The notes beneath the pieces are model-generated. The model was given only the letters and a program-made list of their open reading frames with translations, made no database searches and was not told the origin of the DNA. A stretch of 248,000 nt of DNA from Rhodosorus marinus CCMP1338 (Eukaryota; Plantae; Rhodophyta), in the NCBI GenBank assembly GCA_029953675.1, contig JAMWBK010000001.1, forward strand, positions 1,260,001 to 1,508,000, in the 5' to 3' direction. The position numbers and the translations under genes are program-made. Below are positions 39,701 to 49,668 of this stretch, piece after piece. Numbering within the stretch: the first letter of the stretch is position 1; every line of letters starts with the position of its first letter.

Positions 39701-40540
39701 ATGCTCTTCGAGACTGGAATTGTTATCCCCGCGGGGGCTGAAGTGACGTTTGCAATTCCTGGACGGTGCTCGACGATCAGCTTCACAGTCGGAGCGGGCA
39801 AGGGAGCGGACTTTGGAGACACCGAGTTGGTGACTAGTGTGGACGGGGAGGCGGTGTGTACGGATCAGAACTTTTTCCATCGCGACGGAGCGAGGACATT
39901 CTCGTGCAACGTGGAAGGAGGGGAGGAACTGAAGCTTGAGGCCGTCCCAGGGGATACTGGTGGCGCGATTATTGTCGGGGAGGCAGAACTGGACTGTACC
40001 GTTGGAACTCGGAAACCTCTGTGTGAGATGTCCTCGCTTCCTAGCAGCTTTCGGATTGGAGACACAATCGAGTATGCGGGGCAAGGCTACCGCTTCAACG
40101 GAGAGGAGCTAGCTGCGAGCGCAATCAGCTGGGATATCACGCTTGTCCATTGTGAGCCGGAATGTCACGACCATCCGGAAACCAGGGTAGAAGGCAGGGA
40201 TAGCGGGAGCTACGAGATTCCCGATCACGGGGACTACTTCTTTATTAGGATCGACTGCACGGTGACGGACGGGGGTGAGACCTCTAAGACGACAGCGAGC
40301 GTGCTTCCGGAGACGGCATTGATAACGGTTGAATCGGTGCCTACCGGGAAGGTCGCCACCGTCGATGGCACGAACGGCGAGACGCCCCTCTCGAAAACAG
40401 TGGTCGTAGGCTCGACGTTCATAGTGGACGTCGACCCCGTTGGATTCGGGATCTGGTCCCATGACAATACCCTCAGTTCAAATTTTGACTACTCACTCAC
40501 GGATGGCACCCCCATTGTCTTCATCGCCAAGTTCAACTAA
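36755..40540 (+). CDS. Secreted multidomain PQQ glucose/sorbosone dehydrogenase-like protein (GSDH propeller, Big_5, NPCBM, Big_5, NPCBM-like x2, PKD-like)
   Basis: Signal peptide; HSMGGLLVDPEGRLWIGIGD, LYGKLLRV, GLRNPW, GANYGWP; NPCBM RFRKGL..YYGLDD..VFTVAADG; C-terminal LVHCEPECHDHP..PDHGDYFFI; intronless. Confidence 0.8.
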   Translation: MRGGVVALAVIALTFQQVVVGVALTKVDFEDAPVVEDIDGLPTSFAFLPRGQTDRILVTDYRGMVQVVVKGAVQEKLFLDERVSQADLDGWTGYPKVWDRGLAPEYRSVAVDSDFDNHPFVYLSYIHYVERVRRTPPQGFVVRYRVSDDLSEVIRSSKTVVLGGYVNGNCTQVSTSEDNICITYAGHSMGGLLVDPEGRLWIGIGDAAVPDDSDKPSVMQCQDVDSLYGKLLRVDRDGKGLPANPFYNGDPDANRSKVMALGLRNPWNTHWDAELGTPWQSDVGQVTREEFNLIEPGANYGWPCMEAELDRFQFGIFDECADMFNEVPPSSGASYVGTIVGPKLSYSREEGTVITSALRVKIEGWPDAFNNGVYYSDYSGNWIRYVKVDDVGNVVSAPLEFATEIPGPISIQTGSDGCLYYLALGSSQIGRICYRENNSRPEVVGIVPPDGFMRASRSTLVEVAVSKKVTAESAQGAIVVADTTSGDVVAGYVEQDEVRNVLTFVPDELLKEDAEYTVTVSGLTDLKNLSMTDEVASTFLTGRGFIQYVSDLALAVDPTPDSLVRDTAIDGVTPILIRGRRFRKGLSFVPVVQVEVQVPVDCTSIEGYYGLDDTNFWIFAGAVVFTVAADGTVVYDSTADGLGFASRKIDPAFFFKLDVESGSILTLKGDFGDGNTKERNNHGVWADVRFRCGNIDSRAPTVESFEPADGATTSIDLVIRITFDEVMNYNTVIQAVNIASADGRRIPWLPVESAEPRQFALELEDLGFDTTYVVSVSKTAVDVSGNRLEEDVQWSFITELPPASGEKLQIVGDLIPKHSRGGASFDGFPRRLSPGVKIYKNGLGMQSNAKVSYDLGGLACTRLKGLTGKDAAAGGDSGACRLRVLSGASQEASRVRLDRYPRAAQRSRGLNVGLGGDSYLEIKLSAGGDGGRAKDLCDIARARVECDGVDIYLTKFTPLSEQGVVERNRSAVRLPLQLLRSSMLFETGIVIPAGAEVTFAIPGRCSTISFTVGAGKGADFGDTELVTSVDGEAVCTDQNFFHRDGARTFSCNVEGGEELKLEAVPGDTGGAIIVGEAELDCTVGTRKPLCEMSSLPSSFRIGDTIEYAGQGYRFNGEELAASAISWDITLVHCEPECHDHPETRVEGRDSGSYEIPDHGDYFFIRIDCTVTDGGETSKTTASVLPETALITVESVPTGKVATVDGTNGETPLSKTVVVGSTFIVDVDPVGFGIWSHDNTLSSNFDYSLTDGTPIVFIAKFN

Positions 40541-42760
40541 CGCCCAGTGAGAAGCTTGAGCACGAAGGGACCCACTCCCGACTGTAGTAAACAGCCGAGC
40601 TCTCGGCGACGTTTCTCAAAATTCTATTGCAAACATGAAACAAACACTTTTAGGACTTATGATTGGATATGTTCCACGTACTTATTAATAAAAACGCCTG
40701 ACTGAACAAAATATTTTGTTAATGTAAATATTTTCGATGGATTGATTGGTTATCTCCATATTGTTTTCATTAGTTTTGTGCGTGGTGAAGGCGAAGCTCC
40801 CAGGAGCGGGGGCAAGAGGTTCTCCCTGCGAGGTAAAGACAAGATGACTCGTCAGTTTGGAACAAAGCGTTGGAACTCCATATGTGATCTAGTCTCCTCG
40901 TCCTAGTCTACTCCTGCATCTAATGCTAACGTGGGTATATGTACAATCCATTCTGGAGCATCAAACGGGTGGAAAACTGCAGCATTCTTCATCTCGAGGG
41001 CAATTTGTGTACGCCCCAGGCCCGCCTTAGCTGCGTTGTGGAAGGTACTAAGATCTACACAATCAACGTATTCATTCATTTCGTCAATGATGATGGTTTT
41101 ACTAACATAGCCTTACGCGCTACGCAAGACATCATCAGGATTAGGTACAAGGAGCTGTAGCGTGCGAGCTCGGCTAGCATGCAGCTAGTATATCGCCATA
41201 AAGCGACAGGGGCGCTGAGATATTCGGCTGTGTGCCCAATAAGGTCTTTGCAAAGTCAGTCCCTTGTTGACTGTTCAAGGCGGTCGATCAATCGAACCAT
41301 CTGAATTCTCATTGACTTTGCGAAACATATCGATTCGCTTACGATATACAATCATACGGCGGGACTAAAATGACTAATCTTGAAGGCGAATCGCGCGCAC
41401 GCGTCTCTCCCACATCAAGTCAGGCCCTGGATCGCGTGCACAAGAGTGCGAGTCTTGCGGTACTAGCAGTGTGCGCCTGTTCTGGAGAACGACCTAAATT
41501 TTGAGATGTTGAGCCTCTCGAATTTATCCAGGCTCTAGAGAGCACTCTTGTGCGAGTCTAGTCCAGTTTACGTTTGAGCTCTTGCGGTACTAGCAGTGTA
41601 CGCCTGTTCTGGAGAACGAACGATCTAAGTTTTGAGATGTTAAGCGGCACGAATTTTTCCAGGCTCTAGAGATCATCGACGAAACAGTCCGCTCTATTTC
41701 TGATACGCAATTGAAAAGCCTCAAGGCAGTTTTACATAACTTATGCTGGTGAAAGTTTCTAATCATAGACTGAAAGAAAAAACCCCGAGGAGAAAAAAGG
41801 ACTAAGCGCGGCGAAGATCGCGCGCCTCCAACATCAAAGTAGCGTTCATTCGCCTCAGCAAGAAACTTAATCGGGTACACAACGAGGACAGGACGGTCAG
41901 GGCCTTCGCGGAACAATTCCCGAAGCCAACGAGAACCAACGGAATCGATAAACCCAAAGTACTCAATGACCAGAGGTACCAGGCGATGAGCTAGAGCCGA
42001 AGCACGAATGCCGGGGGAAGACAAGGCCCCCGCATATTTCAACTCTTTGCGACGTCTCATATTGGCAGCGGCAAATCCACGGCGCTATCCCCAAGCAGGT
42101 AAACAGCGACCAGCCTGAGGATTAGGAACAACAAGATCAACGTACGTCGTACGGCGGTTATCGTCACACGAGGTCAGCCACGCGGCGTTCATCATTCTGG
42201 TAGTCTGGGACAGGCAGGGGCTTCTCACGTTCAAATTCAAGACCGGCTTGTCGTACGATAGGTCGAAGTTCGCGGTATAACAGGTTCAAGATCCGTGCAT
42301 GTCGGGTTGTGCCAAGTGGGGTGGGTTTTTTTGCCGTTTACGACCCCGAAGTAGTTAAACCCGTTAAAACAGGGGGTTTTATGGGGGGGTTTGGGTAGTA
42401 AACAGCAAAAAACCCGACCCACTTGCCGCAACCCTACACTAAGATTCATAGTCTTGTCATCGGGAGCGCCTTGGATTTGCCGATGCCAGTATATAAGTCA
42501 AAGTGGTGGCTGTGAGTTGTTGTCGAGGATTGGGGTTTTGTTTCTTTTTCGGTCGCGAGCGTGTTCGTTTACGGGAAGCGCTTCCTCTGGTACGCCTTCC
42601 CCTCGATTTTCCGCGGTGCGTCGTTTGCATTTGCAACTACTTCTGTCTTCCGGGTGGGTGTGTTGCGGGGCCTTTCCTATTTGGGTTGGGTTTGGTCGAT
42701 TATTCTCTCGGTGCGGTTTCATATTGGTGGTGCAACGTTTACTTTGCGCATTCCCTCAGG

Positions 42761-44170
42761 ATGGTAGGGATATCTCCGCGCTCGACGGAGCCTCCTCCCA
42801 AGGAGGCACTGCCAGGTGGGGGACTCCGTATTCGCCTCAGCTGCGGCACGTTTTCTTCCGAGGTTGACTTGGAAGGCGCTTCTGGAACCCAGGCGCGTGC
42901 ACTTATCTCCACTGTCACCAGCCTGATCACGGCTGCGAGTGATCGTGGAGTGCTCCCTCAGCTCACCCAGAAGCTAGGTGGGCTGGAATCGGGATTGCTG
43001 GCCGGGTCAAATTCAAATTCGGACGAGAATTTGAATTGCCCCAGAGTGGCAACGTTGGCTGAAGGCAGTCAACATCAGGTCAATCAACATGAACCTGTCC
43101 CGGGACAGGCGAGGGCGGTTGCTTCTGCACGGGACAGTACGACGTTGGGGAGCGGCAGGCCGGGCCAAAACGCGCTTCAGCGCTCGGGGACTCGAGGCAA
43201 TGGTGGTGGTGACTGTGCGGCAACCGGTGTGGAGGAGACTCCAGCTGTGGACTTCCCTCTCTTGGACCAGCCCTCAGGTGGTCACCAGCTCCCGGCTACT
43301 GCGGGGGCACGTGGTGGCCGCAAGGGGGGCGCTTCGTACGCATCACTCTTGCGGAAGGGCACCACTGCCACACGTACGGCGGCCATGCTCCGTTTACTAC
43401 CATCTCGCGAGCCTCAGGATGGACCTGTGGAGACCACTCTCCAATTTCTGTGGGTGCGAAATGTCCGGCCCCAGACTACACGAGGACAGGTTCCGTCTAT
43501 GCGAGACTTCCGGGACACTTTTGCGGAATCGTTAGGGTGCAGCCGGGGTGATTTCTTCTTCGCAAACTATGAGGGCCGCGATGTGCTTTTTTTGGTCTCC
43601 GCAACCGCCGCCAAGTACCTGGAGGCCTTGCTGGCGAAGCCTACCGAGCAGTGGCCTGAGAGCGCCCGGTGGCTGCGCTGCAACCCGCAGGTGGTTTTGC
43701 ACTTCGATTTTGACCGTTTCTCGGGCAATTTCCTGTCTCCGGGAGAAACGGCAGGGCTCTCTGAGCATGAGAGCAGCGTGAAGGCGGCAGCGATCCATTG
43801 GCTACGGATTCAGCGCCTTGAGAGGATCTTGTTGGAGCGGTTCCGGTCGGGCCCTCGTCACTTGCGCATGGCGGTATCCAGCTTCTTCGATCTGGAGAGG
43901 CGACTTGTGCTGACTTCGCGCTACAAGACAGAGCTGCAGCGGGTGGGGATTTTGGAGGGCTCTGCTTCCAGCACCACTTCCAGCGAGAGTGGTGAGGCAG
44001 GGGAGCAGACTGAGGGCATGGCGGTGGAGGACGCCCAGGTTACTTTGCTGAAGCCCGCGGGACCCGTTCCGCGAGCCTCGCGGAGTGGGCGGCTCACGAC
44101 TTTGGTGCGGATAGGAGGTAAGAGAGCGAGGACCGACTCCCCCGGGTCTAAGGGGGAGAAGCACGATTAG
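42761..44170 (+). CDS. Family A ORF1 (469 aa, putative RNA-binding gag-like protein)
   Basis: ATG start MVGISPRS; FLWVRNVRPQT..RDFRDTFAESLG block conserved in families B and C. Confidence 0.75.
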   Translation: MVGISPRSTEPPPKEALPGGGLRIRLSCGTFSSEVDLEGASGTQARALISTVTSLITAASDRGVLPQLTQKLGGLESGLLAGSNSNSDENLNCPRVATLAEGSQHQVNQHEPVPGQARAVASARDSTTLGSGRPGQNALQRSGTRGNGGGDCAATGVEETPAVDFPLLDQPSGGHQLPATAGARGGRKGGASYASLLRKGTTATRTAAMLRLLPSREPQDGPVETTLQFLWVRNVRPQTTRGQVPSMRDFRDTFAESLGCSRGDFFFANYEGRDVLFLVSATAAKYLEALLAKPTEQWPESARWLRCNPQVVLHFDFDRFSGNFLSPGETAGLSEHESSVKAAAIHWLRIQRLERILLERFRSGPRHLRMAVSSFFDLERRLVLTSRYKTELQRVGILEGSASSTTSSESGEAGEQTEGMAVEDAQVTLLKPAGPVPRASRSGRLTTLVRIGGKRARTDSPGSKGEKHD

Positions 44171-44200
44171 CGCTCCAGCACGGCTGCGAGGTCGCAGCCT

Positions 44201-47200
44201 ATGGATCTACAGTCTTATGTCCTGAAGGGGGGCGGAGACTGGGGCATTTGGCGTACGCGTTTTCGGAGTTGGCTCCGGCGGTGGATTTCTTTGGAAGGAG
44301 GCTCGCTTCCCCTCCGTGGGGGCATTCCCCCAGTCGTCCTCCCTCGTGGAGACCTTCTAGTAGCTGGAACCCTTCTCGATTTCATCTTCACGAGCCTGGC
44401 TCGCAACATTCGGGACACAGTCATTTGGGCTTTTCTGGGGGTCATGCCGCGCCTGATTCTGGCCCCCATTCACACATCGGAGCGCAGATGGCGAGTACGA
44501 GACCGACTGGCGCTGTTCTTGAAGGGAGACTTCGAAGTACTACAGCGCAGCTATTTGGCGTCGTCAGCACCATCCGCCCGTCGGACTCGGCATGGCACAG
44601 TGTCGCCCGTGCCGGCTCGAGTACAGAAATTGGTAGCAGTGGGCGATTTAAGTCGAGCGGCGCGGGTTTTGGAGGGCCAGGCGCCTGTCCTCCCCTACGA
44701 TGATAGTCTCGCCCAGACGGTGTCGTCTTTGTTCCCTGAGTCCGACGTGGATTTGTCCCCTGAATTCGAGGTATTCTTGGACCGTCCGGAGTTGGCCAGG
44801 TTTCGCATCGATCTGACGCTCAGTGAGTCTGACCTGGAGGATTTGCTTCGTACCTCGCGTCGGGGACGCTGTCCCGGACCCTCCGGACTAAGAACAGAGC
44901 TATTGCAGGCCCTGAGCCAGCCTGGCCAGAGCGCGCTTCTGAGGATCCTTAACAAGTCGTTCCAGGGCGAATCGGGTGCGTCTGCGCCATGGGAACATCT
45001 CCGGCAGGCACAGCTTTGCTTGCTCACGAAACCTGACCACCAGCCGGCCCACCCGCGTCTCCGGCCGATCGGGATGGTGGAGAGCCTACGGAAGTTAGCC
45101 GGGAGGTGGCTATGCCAGCGCCTTCGCCAGCGCGTCACAGCGTTTATGGCGCCCTTGCAAGTAGGGGTGGGATTTTCTGGGGGTTGCGAACTGATCACCC
45201 ATGGGATCGAGCTAGAACGCGCCAGTAGGCCGGAGTGGGGAGTCTTGGTGGTTGATTTCCGGAACGCATTCAACAGCGTGTCGCGGACGCATGCGCTAGA
45301 GGTGCTCCGACGGGTGTTTCCGGAGGCGTGGCCGTTTCTATCGGGTATTTACGGAGGGGAGAGCCTCCCCTACTTGACAACGGAGGGCACTGTTTTTCAA
45401 GCACATACTGGCGTCCAACAGGGCGACCCTTGCGGACCTCTTCTTCATGCCTGTGCCCTACAGCTCGTACTTTTACGTCTTTCGACTGAGGTCTCGGATC
45501 TTCGAATCTGCGCGTACCACGATGACGTAACATTGCTGGGCACCCCTGACACCCTGGCTAGGGGGCTGACCGCGATCGAAGCGTTTGCACGTCGCGTCGG
45601 TTTGACTGTGGAAACAGAAAAATGTCGCTTTCTCCCCCCGAGGGACGTGTCGCTGACCTCTCTGCCACCCACTCTGCGACTAATCAGCGAACGTGAAGGG
45701 TTCGAACACCACGGCGTCGGATTGGGGACTGACAACTTTGTTCAAGCATCCTGCGAGCGAGTTTTGGCACGGCACAAGCAACTCACCGACGCCATTGAGC
45801 ACCTACCCGACAGCATGCTGCAATCGGCCTGCTTGCTTTCCCGCTTTTGTGCCGGTCCCAGACTCAACTACTGGTTGCGCAGCCTGCCTCCAGCTTGGGG
45901 CTCGTGGATCGCGGCTAAAGCCGACGAGATGACCCCGCAACACTGGGGAACGCTCTTGGATGAGCCCCTCGATCTTGAAGCTGCTCCCGACAGGGACTTG
46001 ATTCGTGCACAGATCGCTCTACCGTTGCGATTAGGGGGATTCGGCGTTGCAGACCGTGGGCTGGTATGCTCGCCAGCGGCGGTTGCCTCCTGGGCTACCG
46101 CGCTGCGAACGTTGGTGACCTTCCAGATGCGAAGTGCCTGCCTCTTGGCTCGAGCTTTGACCAACGAGGATCCAGTGACCCTGCCGCCCCCGCTTTTGAC
46201 AATTTATGATGGTCTTCAACACGCGTTCAGGAGGTGCAACGCCGTGCCGGACGCAAATCGGTCCGGCTTTCGTTCCTGGAGGGAGCTGTTATGGGGAAGA
46301 GCTGTAGCGATTGAGGATTCTCCCCTCGACCGAGTTCTTGCCGATGACGGAGAGGCTAGCCCCGGGTCACCTGTTGCAGACTACCCGGGTTTGAGCCGAT
46401 TGTGGAGCTCCCGCACTGATGTGATTCAACATAGCCTCACCTGGGGCCAACACAGTGCCGCTCACACAGTCATGCTCAATTCTCCTCTCACGCCGCCTAC
46501 CACTGCCGCTCGTCTCCGCGGCATGGGAGGCCACCTCTCGCACTTGTGGTTAACCACTCTACCGTCGTCATTGAGTCATCGTCTCGATGCTTTCCAGTTC
46601 CGTTCTGCCGCACGGATCTATCTCGGTTTGCCACAGGCTCCGTGGCACTCTAATCGGCCGTCTTTCTGTCAGGGATGTGAGAGCCGGATTGACGCTTGTG
46701 GCTACCACTTCCTGGGTTCCTGCGGACTGTTGCGAGGTCTCCGTACGAGGCGTCACACTCGCCTCAAGTACATCCTCAGCGAATTTTTGACTCGGATAGG
46801 GCATACGGTTGAGGTTGAGTCGGAACTGCCCAGATCAATCTCGGACTCTGCACCGCCCCGCTGTATAGCCGATCTCCTCGTCTCTGACGCTGCTGCCAGA
46901 CGCTCAACATATGTGGACCTTGCGATTACCTGCCCCGTGGCCAGCGCCCACCTCACCGCAGCCGCCCGCCGCCGGGGGGCCGCGGCTTCAGCCCTTCGAA
47001 GAGTTAAGGAACGACGGTATGCTGAGAGCATGGCCAGTCTGCCTTGCGCTGAGGGTCGCTCTCACCGGTTCCAGCCATTCATTGTGGAAAGCTTTGGTCA
47101 CGTGGATAAGTCGGGTTTAGAGTGGTTGCGGAAATGTTTTGCTGAGCATCCTACTGAATATTTGGCGCTCTTGAGGCGTTTAAGTGTCTCCCTTTGGCGA

Positions 47201-47275
47201 TATTCCAGCCACATGCTTTCCGAGGCGCGCCATCGGCGCCTGGGGTTGCATGCTTCATCTTCACGCCTTGCGTAG
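44201..47275 (+). CDS. Family A ORF2: reverse transcriptase + Zn knuckle + restriction-like endonuclease
   Basis: LRPIGMVESLRK, VDFRNAFNSVSR, GVQQGDPCGPLL, AYHDD; CQGC..HFLGSC; RTRRH; ADLLVSD..YVDLAI. Confidence 0.92.
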   Translation: MDLQSYVLKGGGDWGIWRTRFRSWLRRWISLEGGSLPLRGGIPPVVLPRGDLLVAGTLLDFIFTSLARNIRDTVIWAFLGVMPRLILAPIHTSERRWRVRDRLALFLKGDFEVLQRSYLASSAPSARRTRHGTVSPVPARVQKLVAVGDLSRAARVLEGQAPVLPYDDSLAQTVSSLFPESDVDLSPEFEVFLDRPELARFRIDLTLSESDLEDLLRTSRRGRCPGPSGLRTELLQALSQPGQSALLRILNKSFQGESGASAPWEHLRQAQLCLLTKPDHQPAHPRLRPIGMVESLRKLAGRWLCQRLRQRVTAFMAPLQVGVGFSGGCELITHGIELERASRPEWGVLVVDFRNAFNSVSRTHALEVLRRVFPEAWPFLSGIYGGESLPYLTTEGTVFQAHTGVQQGDPCGPLLHACALQLVLLRLSTEVSDLRICAYHDDVTLLGTPDTLARGLTAIEAFARRVGLTVETEKCRFLPPRDVSLTSLPPTLRLISEREGFEHHGVGLGTDNFVQASCERVLARHKQLTDAIEHLPDSMLQSACLLSRFCAGPRLNYWLRSLPPAWGSWIAAKADEMTPQHWGTLLDEPLDLEAAPDRDLIRAQIALPLRLGGFGVADRGLVCSPAAVASWATALRTLVTFQMRSACLLARALTNEDPVTLPPPLLTIYDGLQHAFRRCNAVPDANRSGFRSWRELLWGRAVAIEDSPLDRVLADDGEASPGSPVADYPGLSRLWSSRTDVIQHSLTWGQHSAAHTVMLNSPLTPPTTAARLRGMGGHLSHLWLTTLPSSLSHRLDAFQFRSAARIYLGLPQAPWHSNRPSFCQGCESRIDACGYHFLGSCGLLRGLRTRRHTRLKYILSEFLTRIGHTVEVESELPRSISDSAPPRCIADLLVSDAAARRSTYVDLAITCPVASAHLTAAARRRGAAASALRRVKERRYAESMASLPCAEGRSHRFQPFIVESFGHVDKSGLEWLRKCFAEHPTEYLALLRRLSVSLWRYSSHMLSEARHRRLGLHASSSRLA

Positions 47276-47603
47276 CGCTTCAGGCTATGCTAGTAAAGTC
47301 AAGTATATGAGACGTCGCAAAGAGTTGAAATATGCGGGGGCCTTCCCCAGGCGTTGGTGCTTCGGCTCCTAGCTCACCGCAGGGTACCTCCGATCATTGA
47401 GTTCACTGGTTTTCTGGATTCCGTTGGTTCTCGATGACTTCGGGAAATATTCCACAAACTCCGTGAACGTCTGTCCCCGTTTGTTTCCCCGTTTAAGTTT
47501 CTTGCTCTGTCATATGAAGGCTGCTTTGATGTTGGAGGCGCGCGATCTGCGTCGAGCTTAGTCATCGATAATAGTGTCAATATCTTCCTGGTACACATCG
47601 TCA

Positions 47604-48484
47604 CGCCCTGACTTGCACCGTGCTGCATATGGCCGACTCCTCGCGCAGATGGTCTCATCTTCTCGCGCTCGCGCCCGCCTACGTAGTCTTGGAGGGGTTA
47701 TTAGCTCTCAGTGGCTCATGACCGTACCAGCCTTTCCGCCACTCACACTGTCGGATTTCGAAGTGCGTACTTCACTGCGCTTATACCTCGGCTTACATCA
47801 GCCCCCTTGGCCGTACGAGATGGGTTCGTCGTGCCCTCTCTGCTCTCAGACTGAAGACAACGCAGATTTTGGCGCCCACCTGCTCGCTAGTTGCCCGGCG
47901 GTGAAAGGTGCTCGAACCCGCCGCCACACACGGATCTTGAACCTGTTATACCGGGAACTTCGGCCTATAGTCCGGCAAGCCGGTCTGGAAATCGAACGTG
48001 AGAAACCTTTACCCGTCGCGGACTTTCAAAATGATGAACGCCGTGTAGCCGACCTGGTGATCACCTGTGACGACAGCCGCCGTACCACATACGTTGATCT
48101 TGCTGTTCCTAACCCTCAAGCTAGTCGTTATCTCCCGGCTGCGGGGGAGCGCCGTGGATCTGCCGCCGCCAGCATGAGACGCCGCAAAGAGATCAAATAC
48201 GCGGGGGCTTTGTCTTCCCCTGGTGTTCGTGCTTCGGCACTAGCACATCGCTTGGTACCCCTGATCATTGAGTGCTTTGGGTTCATGGACTCTGTTGGTT
48301 CTCGCTGGCTTCGGGAGTTGTTCCGCGAACGCCCTGACCGTCTTCAATCGTTGTTTACCCGCTTAAGTTTCCTGCTGTGGCGCATGAATGCCGCTTTGAT
48401 GTTGGAGGCGCGAGTACTTCGCCGCGCTTAGTCTTTTTTTCCCCTCGGGGGTTTTTTTTTTCAGCCTCCGATTAAACCATTCAT
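47604..48484 (+). mobile_element. Family B 5'-truncated young copy
   Basis: Intact RLE C-terminus LEARVLRRA and B tail. Confidence 0.9.
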
Positions 48485-49668
48485 TCATCATTCACCTTCC
48501 CCGGCGCCACACGACCCTGACCCTGACCGGCAAACCCTCTTCTTTTAGTTTTTTAATTGGTTGTTAAGAAAATCAACAGATGCTGTTAAATTCGAGTATA
48601 TTTCAATCTGCTAACGGCATTTTTTCGATTTATGTTGATTGAACGTGGACACAGAAAAAAAAACGTTGGGAGACTGAAATGCGTTTAAAAAAAGGTGGAT
48701 GAGGTTTGGGGTGCTAAGATTATTAGTCTTGTCATCGGGAGCGCTGTGGATTTACCAATGCCGGTACATGGGACGTCGGTAAAGAGTTGAAATATGCGGA
48801 GGCCTTGTCTTCCGCGCGCATATTGGTGCTTCGGCTCCTAGCTCATCGCCTGGTACCCTCGATCATTGAGTGCATTGGTTTTCTGGATTCCAACCGTAGG
48901 TTCTCGCTAGCGTCGGGAAATATTCCACATAACTCCGTCACCGTCCGTCCTCGTTTGTTTACTCGTTCATGTTTCTTGCTGTGCCGCATGAACGCTGCCT
49001 TGATGTTGGAGGCGCGCGATCTGCGCCAAGCTTAGCCTTTTTTCTCCCCTCGCGGTTTTTTCTTTCAGCCTCCGAGTAAACAAATTCGTCGATAAATGTG
49101 TCAATATCTTCGAAGTACACTTCGTCACCCCCAACACTCCCCCCCCGGCGCCCCACGACCCTGACCCTGTCCGGCAATCGCTCCTTTTTAGTTTTTTTAC
49201 TAGTCGTCTAAGACAATCAACAGATGCTTTAAATTCTAACACATTTCAATCTACAACGGCTTTTTTTCGATCTATGTTGATTGAATGTGGAGACGTAAAA
49301 GAAAACTGCAGGGAGATTGAAATGCGTTTAAAAAAGGCGGATGGGTTTTGGGGAAGTCAATTATGAAGACTTGAACGGGAGTTGATATTTTGTTTTAGAG
49401 CATGTCTTCTTCGGTTACAGGTTATCTCCTAGTGACAATTTGCGACAAACCCTTGTATAGACATGATATGAATGGGTCCGAAGATTAACGAAATGGTGAG
49501 ACCCAACATTTCAGAGGCAATTCCGAGATGGACTGTCTATATAAGCTTGTCCGGAGGCACGGTTCCCCTTTCGGCATGACTTTCGCTGTGGATGAACGTA
49601 CCTAGGTCTAGGCCAAAAGGCGCTTGAAGCATTGAGGAAAGGACGGGTTGCGGAAGACCAAAAGAAAA

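Larger units (their letters stand above)
42495..47301 (+). mobile_element. Full-length family A two-ORF RLE non-LTR retrotransposon
   Basis: T-rich 5' UTR, ORF1, ORF2 (RT + Zn knuckle + RLE), tail GCTATGCTAGTAAAGTC; TSD AGTATAT; sits inside an old family B fragment. Confidence 0.93.

Noticed and set aside
42503-42760. N-terminal extensions of ORF1 from GTG/TTG starts
   Set aside because: Correspond to the T-rich 5' UTR; homologous ATG starts (MVGISP/MVGVSP) align between families
42495-42760. Possible self-cleaving ribozyme at element ends, as in R2
   Set aside because: No hammerhead (CUGAnGA/GAAA) or HDV core recognised by eye; an Infernal search would be needed
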